64,000 bases of DNA. Source: Bugula neritina. Its lineage: Eukaryota > Animalia > Bryozoa. The stretch is taken from the NCBI GenBank assembly GCA_964035545.1, contig OZ037771.1:9355408-9419407 (forward strand). The letters are read 5' to 3'. Shown here in pieces: positions 1 to 19,790 of the stretch (position 1 is the stretch's first letter; the number at the start of each line of letters is the position of its first letter). A program made the position numbers and the translations under genes. The notes under the pieces were generated by a model. That model was not told the DNA's origin. It saw only the letters and a program-made list of their open reading frames with translations, and did not search any database.

Positions 1-479
1 CACACACACGTGTACATTGAAAATTTGTTCCAGGTGCTGTCGTACTACTTTTACAACTTATATTTTCCATAACTTCTTGTTGAAGCAAAACGTTATAAAA
101 GTATCAGTGATTTAGCCATCAGTAGAGGTCTAACTAGTATCAGGATTTCTATACAACTGAACAGTGAATCAGAATGAAAGATAAAGCCATGTTATTCGTG
201 ACTAATTTTTCTGTTTCTACTAATATTAGGAAAATCACTACAAATCAGCTGTGATCCATTTAGTTGTACAGTTGAGTAGATTGCATAAACCTAATGAATT
301 CTTACTTCTGGCTAATATTATGTTTTGTTAAAAAATACCAAAAGATGTACGGCTTTTTATTGCAGGATTAGATAGCATCTATACAACTATAAGTCAGTGA
401 CTTTGTGTGCTATAAGTTCAACATAGTCTCAGCTGATACAAAGCAGGGGATTTAACGGAAACATCACTTTCTAATTGTG

Positions 480-9541
<9,062 letters not shown>

Positions 9542-11252
9542 CAACTCCTTATAGTGAAAACATTAAATTAGAACCGGAACCTATTAAAAAAGGAAATGGT
9601 GTATTTTAAAGTTGCTTAGTGGTGCTCAGTGAGTATAGCCAATCTGTCTATTAAAACAGTAAATTATATTGTACATGCAAATATAAAGCATGACCTAATT
9701 AAAATGGACTTATTGTAGGAAAGTGAATTATCTTCCATTACATATAGTGTTGTATAGTATGTTCTATATGTTTTCAAATTTTATGGTATATATTCTATAT
9801 AAACAATAAAAAGATGTCTATTCATAAATAATTATTTACCATGTCTTGATTTTTCATAATGTTTTATAATAAAACAAGTGTTAAATAGTGCTATAATTAT
9901 TGAGGCTTTTAGACAACATAAGAGTATCTGTTATTTATGGAATTATAATTGAATTTTACATCATTATTGGACAGTTTTAGAGTAATGATACATTAAATTT
10001 ATGACTCATACGTGTTATTTTTGTCGAGAAATTATATGCTTTTTAATCTTTGTTGACTTTGGTAAAATACTCAAACTAATAAATATAAGGTAAACCTAGT
10101 GCAAAAATCCCTTATCTTAATTGAGGTCATTTTTTAGAATTTACAAAAAAAATGTAATAGTCAGTGAGCAAATTTAGTTGTTCATGGTACAGTAATGCAC
10201 TATTTGTATTATTTGGTTCTATAGATATAATAGTATGACACTAAATCTCATTCAAATTTGTGCTACCTATAATTTCTTTTCACTTTCAAAAACGAACTAA
10301 TTTTAGTTTAAATTCTGACCATATCTATTTAACAACGTACAATTACACTTGCATTCAAATAATATCATAATATGCAAAAATAAGCATCATGTAAATTTTA
10401 ACTAGAGATATCATTTGATCTCACAAATATTATTTTTCATAACATTAGCTGCCTGCTAATCATTTATAGGTTGCTATTTAAAGTAAAATATATCAATATT
10501 AGAATTTATGTTAATATGACTTTCGATGTCTACGAAACCGTTATAAATGTAATGTAGCTATTATATCCTACTGAAATGGAATAAATTATAAAACGTGGCT
10601 ACACCCGAGCACTCGTTTAAGTTATGAACAGATAACTCCGTTTCTAATAAAAGCATAAAGATCTGCTTCTCTGCCCGAATAAAAGTCTTTCTTAAAACTA
10701 TGCGAGCACACGCAAACCCTGCAACAAACGGTCTGCTATAAGTGTTTACACCTGCTGTACACTCGTAACCACTAATTAACCAGTCTGTGGATTTGTTTAG
10801 ATTTTTACATTAAAATTAATAGTAATAGTAAATGTAGTTGTAATAGTAATACTAATATATAATAATTTTTTTTATAATTTTATCAAAGGGAATATCAAAA
10901 TGGTGAAGCTTCGCTGAGCCAACCTCAACATGCACATGAACATTATGATTATACTTGTAGCATTAGACTTAGTAATAGTTGGTGTTACACTTTGACTTAG
11001 ACTTAGTCTTACAGTTACTGTTACTGTTACTGTGTTAATGTTAGCGATACATTTAGTTTTACTGTTACTGTTAGTATTAGTATGACTACCTCTATCACTA
11101 TGACTACTTTTGAAAAGAGCGAGACTGAGTATATGACTTAAAGTTGAACTAAAAGTAAAACTGTAGTACCTACTAGTACTAGTAATAACTAATAGTAATA
11201 GTAATATTAATAAGTAATGAATGATATTGGCTGCCACTCTGGCCAATCATTA

Positions 11253-11642
11253 TGAGTATCAGTAGGTCTACGAGTATCAGTATTGTATTTAGTTTTACTC
11301 CGAGTCTCAGTCTGACAGTGCTGCACTTGCCTCGACGTTCTTTGCTAAGGTGGGTGGACCAGAAAGTAATACTTTTATGGGGTCTCTTTCTTGTCCAGCT
11401 GGTCCTGATTTGAGTTGGAGCCTGTTCCTTCTACCTGAGATATGGCAATTATCAACTATGTAGAATATAGGAGTTGAGTGGGGTTAAACAGTATGTATAG
11501 AGCATACCTCACCTTGAGTTAAGTCAGTTGATTTCGGGGTAGAGCTGAGGCCGTGTTGATAGATTCACCAGTACACCACAAAGTAATCCTTTTGCTCTCG
11601 TCGTACCTCGTCACTCTTGTGTGCCAATGACATCTCACTACA
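11253..11642 (-). mobile_element. Probable 3' LTR of the Gypsy element (distal end uncertain: 11459 or ~11253)
   Basis: On the minus strand a polypurine tract AAAAGGGGGA (11652-11643) is followed directly by TGTAGTGAG. Candidate ends are CTACA (11459) or ACTCA (11253). Confidence 0.6.
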
Positions 11643-12186
11643 TCCCCCTTTTGACGCAATTACATAAAAACAAGAATACCACCGTATCCTTGCAATCAGA
11701 CAAAACAAAAAAGCAGTACCAAGTCATGATACAACTTTACCAAAAACAAAGAAGCAAACAAACTTTATATGGTAGCATTCACATATTGTCATCTGAGGCC
11801 ATCAGGATTACTATAGTGAAGTACTCACAAGGTTATATACAAATATACATAGGTACTACTAAAGTACTAATATCCCTGAAACTTGAGTTTCAATAAGTTA
11901 AGTCTTATATTATGTCTCCGCTCTCTTGACCACACATCAGCTAAAATATAGTTGACATGTAAACCATCTAGTAGTTAATTATAGCAGAACTTAGTACGAT
12001 CTTTATTGGCTATAACTACATACTTATTTAAAAAAGGCCTGTGAATCCCATTATTTCTGTTGTTTTGAACAATAAATCCATTAGCCAAAAAAACTTTCTT
12101 CCAACAAAGCCCACCATTCACGATACTTGTGTCGTCACAACAGCTTAGAAGTCCTACGCCCTACAGGTATTCAGTAGATACATGTT

Positions 12187-12522
12187 TTAAACGTTATACG
12201 GCATAGAATTCATGGTGGGAAAGACCACCATGATTCTTCTAGAGCATAGCCTGCACCTGATGTTTTCCATCTCCTCAACAATATCTTCAGACTCTTGCTT
12301 AGCCATAATTTTTGTTTGTGAGCCAACAGAGATCTTCTTGGTGAAACGGATAGGGCCCTCAGCCACATACAAGAGAAGGTATCTCTCAGCAGGATGACTT
12401 CCCAGAAAAAAGCCCACCAGTTGAGTCATAGTACAATCACACCGAATCAGTATAATGTCAAACCCTCCTAAATCAATTTCCGATACCATAGAATTTCTTA
12501 CGATAGCACATCACTGAGACAT
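12187..12522 (-). pseudogene. Candidate accessory ORF of the Gypsy element, between pol and the PPT
   Basis: Strong acceptor TTTTTCTCTTTTTTTGTTGTTTCAG|ATG at 12523/12522. The ATG is in frame with ORF 12489-12187 apart from a TGA at codon 4. Confidence 0.45.
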
Positions 12523-12740
12523 CTGAAACAACAAAAAAGAGAAAAAAATAACTTATAAATACAGGTCAAATTTGACTGGCTTATTAACTAATCTGCCAGA
12601 TCTGGTCCTATATTCTGGGGCATCCCCCTTAGCCTCACTAGGTGTCACATTAGGAGAAGGGGATCTAAGTTTGCCCCTGATGCTGGCTGTTGAGATTTTC
12701 TAACTTGACGGCACGGCGAACGGGCTTGTTGTATGTTCGA

Positions 12741-14130
12741 CTAGAGAAACTTTCCTGAGACAGGTAATGCCACTCCTTGCAGCGACATGTTCTGCACTTC
12801 TTCCTGACGTGACAACTCTTGCGCACAAAGAGAAGCAAAAACCCGATTGCGTCTGAGGAAAGAGTCGCCATTTAAGACCAAAATATCATAACCAGCTGTA
12901 GCCACAACAGTACCTTTTTTTATCCCCCTCGCTCTCAAATGCACATCTTGACCAATAGCCAAAGGAGTAGCACACTTCATCCGATGCCAGAGATTGTAGT
13001 CCTCTGACATCTGTCTTTTGTAGTCATGTTCAGCTTGGCGCAGACGAGGCAGATCAATAGTAGTGTTAGCATGTATGCCCATGGAATGGAGGGCTTTTTG
13101 AAATGAAAGCTCCAATGGCGAGTAGCCATTCCTAAATGGGGAGTCTCTGTATGAACCCAAACCCGCCTGGAGAGTTACATTCTTTTTTAACAGTGATTTT
13201 ACAGTCTGAACTGCTCTCTCCACTTTCCCATTACTCTGCGGGTATTTGGGACTGCTCGTTACATGTTGGACTTTCCATCGTCTCAGAGATGACTGAAACC
13301 CATTACTCATAAACTGTGGCCCATTGTTTGACCTCAGAGTATTAGAAATGCCTGACAAACAAAATCACTCCTCCAACTTCCTCACGACGATGCTGGTCTG
13401 CAAATCTGGTAGAATGTCACACAAAATAAACCTATTATAGTAGTCGACCACGGCAATATAGTCCTTGTTCTCCCACCTGAAAAACTCTAATGCCAACCTC
13501 CACCAAGGAAAAGGAGATGCCACCATCGGCTCCTTTGGCACTCTTCAGAAATCTGCACATTTTTTCATGAGCTAACCATTTTCTGAATTTTAGAGGTCAT
13601 ACCAGGCCATCGTAAAACCTGCTTTGCTCTTTGAATATTTTTACCTCGTCTAGATTGCCTCTGTGAATGTGTATCTTCTCCCTACAACTCTCCGGGATGA
13701 AAACCCTCTGGTCTAGAAACCATACCATCGACGACCGTCATGAAATGTCTTGCTGCATAGTACTCCATAATCACTGGATTCAACCCAGCCAATGACGGCC
13801 ACCCCACCTCTATATAGTGTAGCAACCATCAACCTACATCACCATGGAAAGTTGCAGCTTGGATTTCCTGCATCATACATTCAGAGATCAGCAAAGAGTT
13901 CAACAACTCTTGCATCATAGCATTGCCCACTAAACATATTGACCCATCCTTTCTCAGACTAATCCTTGAAAGAGCGTCAGCTACCACCACCAGTCCTGCT
14001 GTATAACGCACAGTGTAATCGAAGCCCAACATTCGCAATCTAAAACGCTGTAACTTGATTGACAGTTTAGCAAGCTCCTTCCTCTACGTCACAGCTGACA
14101 AAAGATGGTGATCAGTAATGAAACTTTGTC
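12741..14130 (-). mobile_element. Degenerate Ty3/Gypsy LTR retrotransposon pol fragment (end of RNase H plus integrase), 5'-truncated
   Basis: LQRFRLRMLGFDYTVRYTAG..VADALSR (RNase H end) and integrase core SNNGPQF...TSSPKYPQSNGKVERAVQTVK. The catalytic D is changed to N and frameshifts separate the ORF pieces. Confidence 0.92.
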
Positions 14131-15015
14131 ACCTAAGAATATTACAAACACAACACCTGTAAAATAACTATATAGTAATGCAGTTATACTAATACTGATA
14201 CTAGTAGTTATAGTAATTAGTGCCACAGAAATACAACTGCAAACATAACTATACGTAATATCATTAGTAATAATGTAATATACTTATAGGCAATGGTAAA
14301 TTAGTAATAATATAATAGTAATACTAAGAGTTATGTGCTTATGCCTATGTTTGCTGCAGTGTTTCATTCATTGTTATAACCATCAGTATAAGTGTATTAC
14401 GCTAATTAACTTATTGTAGTGCTAATGTGTTATTGGAGGTGTTGATATTACTACTTGCAACTTTTTTATCTTGCTCATTTTGCCTTTCTATGACATATGG
14501 CTTAATTTTAAAAACTGATTTGTTAGTATTGCCAACAGTTATAATTTTTAATTTTCAGAAATAATTCTGATTTTAATGATTAATATTACTTTTATAAACT
14601 TTTATTAGGATTTTACATAGGCCTATTGGTATTGGTGTATATTTGTAACAATAACTATCTTGTTTCTCAAGATTTCTCAACTTTTAATTAGTATTCAAGT
14701 AATTTCATTGTAATACTTATATGCCAATTGAGTAAACTTATAGTCCAGTTGTTTTGATTGCTTTAATAATTAAATCGATGACTTTAGTTATTAGTTTAGG
14801 TTATTGCTCTCTCATTAGAGCTTTCCCAGTCACTCGCTGGTGTAAATTTAAGCCCAATTATTATAATGCTATGTGTGTTTATTTGAAAATTGTAAATAAA
14901 ATCAATGACATTTTTAGCATGAGTTTTTATTAGAGACTGTATGTCACCTCAATGCATTTCTTGTTGCAGATCTGATAATGAGTGTGGTGTCCAAATCTAA
15001 AGCTATCATAGCGGA

Positions 15016-18000
15016 ATGATTTATTTGATTGAGGTTGTCACAGATACCCTGTCATCCATCCTCAATCTCAACTATGCTGTCGTTAGTTTAATAGCGACAT
15101 TCTCTTCCAACTTTGTTTTTTCTATATCGGCAGTCTTTCAGTCTGTCTACACCTTTTTGCTATGTCTATACACCCTGGCAACTTGCACATTGAATGACCT
15201 CCTACAGTTACTAGTACTGTGGGGAAAGGTATCACTATGGTTTGCTATCCAACTGGTGCTCTATGTAAAGGTGTCATTCTCATATTTAGATGCATGCATT
15301 TACAGTGTAAGTACCATCTTGCTCTCCTTGTATGCCGAAAGTATTTGAAATAATTTAGAAAGTTTTTAACTCAATTTTATATGCAAAATACTATTTTTTT
15401 GTTGCTTATTAGAAAATGCTAGATATTAAACTTGTTTGTGTATTTTTCAGGTTTATGAATATTTCTTACGGTTAGCTTCTAGCCTATCAGAGATCATCAC
15501 CTTAGTCGTGGACCTTTTACTTTCTCTCATTCGTTTGCCATATGCTGGACTGGAGTTGGTTGACAGCAATTTCTCATGGTGCTATCGGGAGTTGTTGCAC
15601 CAGTTGAAGAGTGCTTGCTCTATAGCTGTGAATGCTGTCTCAGAGTGCATATACCTCCTGATGCTCATACCTTACTCTTTAGCTAATCTCGTGTTCAGAT
15701 TGATTACTGATTTATTTTATTTTTTGCAAAAGTAAGTTTTATTTTATCTTATAGTAGAATGTTGTTATATCTACAATAATGCTAATGATAGTGTTTGTGA
15801 TAAAAGAAAATAGTATAATAAAGTACTTCATAGAGTTTATAGAATATTCTATATAGCATAGTCTGTAGCATATAGTTCATAGCATAGAGTTTATAGCATA
15901 AGGTTTATGGTATAAAATCTATAGCATAGATTCTATAGCGGGTACCATAAAGTCCATAGCATATAATAGACGGCATAAAGTATGTAGCATATAATCTATA
16001 CTCTATAGCATATAGTATGTAGCTTATAGTCTATACTCTATAGCATATAGTATGTAGCATATAGTCTATACTCTATAGCTACTTAGTATATAGCATATAG
16101 TCTATACTCTATAGCATATAGTATGTAGCTTATAGTCTATACTCTATAGCTACTTAGTAGCTCTGCTCTTCACCTGGTAATCTGTAACCTTTCACTTGAT
16201 GTTAAAGTCACTGACTTAGGCATATTTACTTTTGTAGCTATTCTTTTCCAACGCTTCATAAAGCATCAAGTAGTTGTGTTACTTTGTAGACTGTGTATCC
16301 ATTCTTTGAATATCTGTGCTGATAGTTACCAATGTGTTCATGATATCTCGAGAGATGCTCTCAGCAAAATGTGTAAAACATTTGCATCTGTTTTCAACAC
16401 CTACAGTGCTGCAGTCCACCACTGCTTCTGGCAAGTGTCTTTGCTGTCCTTTCAAACTGCTAAGTTGGTCAGAGAAATTTCTGAAAAGGTATTATTGATT
16501 TAATCCAAAATTATTTTATAATTTTTGTTACAAATTTTTTTTATATTTTAGAGCATATTGATATAGATGAATATTAAACTACTCATGTTATTTTAAAGAT
16601 TAGATAGTCCAACTTGGGAGTTGTCTTCTTAAGCTTCAATACTGAAAGCAATGGTAGGATTAAGGAACAACTTTATGCTATTCATTCATATTAAAGATTC
16701 ATTGACCCAGTAGCAATACGGAGTCAACAAGTCTTTTAGGAGGTGGAGGGGCATCTCATATTTAATGAATGTTTTGTATTTGGGGTTTACATTTTAAAAA
16801 AAAATTAAATTTTTCTTTGAGATGGTGGTGGCATATTACTGGGTTTTTACTAAAAAAGACTTAGTTTCCAATTTATGAAGAATTCAGTAATGAAAAGCTT
16901 TACTAAGGATATTTTGCCTTTTTATCAGTTCCCTCGTGCCTCGTCATACGTTTCAGTTTACTACTGGGGAAGGAGGTCTAAATCTTTTACAATTTTTTAG
17001 ACACAACTTCTAATTGTAAATTAAGTATCGGGATGTTGGAAAAGAGTCTATTGTCTGCTCATTCGCAACATATTTACCACAATACATCATCTACTCTTGT
17101 ATTTGTAGATATATTTCCACAATGTCACACTTCTGTTTGATGACAATGCCACAATTCCTGAGCTGCTTCTCTCTCTCATACTGTCTCCCCTGCAGATAGT
17201 GATAGTCATTGTTCGTAATGTGTCCTCCTATCTGTCACATGGCTACCGCCTAGTTTCCCACCACCATACAGTACACACACTACGTGTCACATTGCCAGAT
17301 TTCGACTACTCTCTCTACTGTGTAGTTGAAGAGCTGGTTTGGGTTTCACTTCTCACCATAAAAACTAATTGGGCTCTCGTACTCATAGCCCTGGCTCTTG
17401 GATTAGCAGTCTACCTCGCTATGCAGATACGTGCTCGTCATCAGGATAATGTGGATAGAGAAAGGGCTGTAGGTCAGTATTTGTATAGTTTTCTTTATGG
17501 GTGAGCTGATCTAATTCAATCTAGCTGATAAAATGACTGTTTTTATTTGTCAAGTTAATCCAACACTTTAGTTATGTTAGCAATGCTTTCCTAACATAAA
17601 CTTTCATTTTCTAGTTGTGTTTAAAAAAGCTGGTTATACAGCAAACTATGGGATCTAATTAGTAGCTCTAATTTTAGAACACTAATTAGGTAATGAGCGA
17701 AAGTTAGCTCTTTCTAGTCTAAATTCAGTAATTTATGGTTAAAATTTAGTTGTTTATGATCTGAGTTTATTAAGTACATAATGTTGCATATAAATTATTT
17801 TTCTTCAAATGCTGAAGTGATTAGTTTGTTTTTAATGCAATTGATTATAGTGTTATTAGCAAATTATACTCTAGTGAAAGTGTATCTGGGAGAAGACAGT
17901 CATAGAAAGGTCTAGTATAAATGGTATAGGTGTGATACCTGATGGGCTGATGGATATTTTACTGTCTGCCACTCATTCTTTTCTCAAGTATTTTGCCCTG

Positions 18001-19111
18001 GTGAAGGGGCCACCAAAAATTTATCGCTTCAATAAAGATTAGATCACATGGAGCTTTTTGCTAGCGGAACTTTGCATGGATAGTAAAATAGTGCTGTTTG
18101 TCAGGATTTCATGTAGTAAAAATACTAATTTATGCTGTGAAGTTCTTGCAGTGGCACTATTTAACTAGTTTTCTTTTCTCATTACAGTTTTATAGTGTCA
18201 ATGTGAATTTATTGAGAATTATGAGTAAGAATTAAAATGAGATCATTTTCAACATAACATTGAAGCCATGAACAATACAATTGTCACTGGAGTTTCGCTC
18301 TTTCTTGTATGCTGTGTAACGAGTAACTCCCGCAGCAGCATGTTTTCACAATGCTGCTCTTTCTGACTCCAGTTTTAACAGCTTGCTCCTGTTTAATTAG
18401 ATTTCCAGTTACCTATTGTCTATAAAATTGTCCAACTGCCATCAGCTGCAATAAGGTTAGTTTTATTTTGTATACTAAATCTGTTGCTCTTTCCATATTT
18501 CATCAGGTTTGGTAGCTGAAAACCAAGAGTTACCTGCCGTTATTGATCTCTCTGAGTCCGAGAGTGATGGTGATAGTGATCTTATACTTATGCAACTTCC
18601 ACCTACACGACCTCTGCATCCTATAAGGTCAAGATCATCAACCCCTGATCTCTCCATGCCAGGGTATGTAAGATAATACCTCTGGAAAGTGGAAACTGTT
18701 GAGGTTTTTAGACTTGATATAAAAATAATTAATTATAAAAAGTAGTTTTGAAGATATGTTCATGTGGTGTCATGCATTTATGTGATGGTGTCATATAATA
18801 TGTATGTGATGTCATGAGTTTATGTGATGAAGTCATATAATATGTATGTGATGTCATAAGTTTATGTGATGGCGTCATATTTTTGTAGGTCAGAAACTCG
18901 GTATATACGCAAACTGAAAGTTAAACTAGATAACGAGTTGAATGACAGGCTATGCACGGTGTGCCAAGAGCATTACAGGGATATTCTCCTCCTCCCATGT
19001 AAACATGTCTGCATATGTAATGACTGTACCCAACAGATACTCCGGCGTAGATCTGCCAAGTGCCCACTATGCAGGACTAAGATCACTCAGGCTATGAATG
19101 TATTCTTATAG
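15016..19111 (+). CDS. RNF26: RNF26-like membrane-anchored RING E3 ubiquitin ligase. Exons 15016-15306, 15451-15731, 16290-16488, 17109-17472, 18507-18663, 18889-19111 (~504 aa)
   Basis: Hydrophobic multi-TM N-terminus and C-terminal RING CTVC..ILLLPCKHVCICNDC..CPLCRTKITQAMNVFL. All junction phases are consistent. Confidence 0.8.
15830..16160. repeat. Degenerate TATAGCATA-based intronic tandem repeat
   Basis: Recurring TATAGCATATAGT / ATACTCTATAGC units. Confidence 0.8.
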
Positions 19112-19790
19112 TATGTGCAAGAAATGTGCCAACTGTTCATATGGTTATTGCCAGTTACTATATAGAGTTCAACTCTTAGTTGCTATAAAGAGTCCAACTA
19201 TTAGTTACCATATAGAATTCAACTATTAGTTGCCAATAAAGTTCAATAAATGATTAAAAACATATCTAAGTGAGTTGGCACTCTCACAGTTGCATGTGTG
19301 TAGATGTGGAAATCAACCATGATATCTGCACAATTTGTGAGTTGGTTAAGTTTTTGGACTCCAGCCATGCAATATTAAATTATATACTATTAGTATAAGC
19401 AAACCTTTTACAACAGTGTTTATATTAGGTTTTCAATCATTTTAGGGCTGTCAAAAATAGGTGCTGTACATAGTTTAGAGTCTTAATAGTAATTATTGTG
19501 TATTTATTTATATTTTATACTTTTTGCACTATCATATTTATATTTGTGTAGTTATTCTTCAACGATATATTATTTTAATCTGTTTGAACTTCAAACACAT
19601 TGTTACACTTACACAACTTATTTAATTTAAATTTAATATAAATTTGTTATTTACAATAAAACCATATATGTCTTTGCTATTTCTTTGCACAATTTAGTAA
19701 AACCAAATATTGTTTGTTGAAACTGCTTTCAACTAAAACAAAAGTTGTGTGTATTAGTATTGTAGGGCCTAATTTAGTATGGATAGGAGG

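Noticed and set aside
10872-11246. 124-aa minus-strand ORF
   Set aside because: Low-complexity periodic DNA with a non-ATG start and no recognisable domain.
16238-16289. Upstream acceptor for RNF26 exon 3
   Set aside because: It gives an in-frame TAG; the AG at 16289 keeps the frame.
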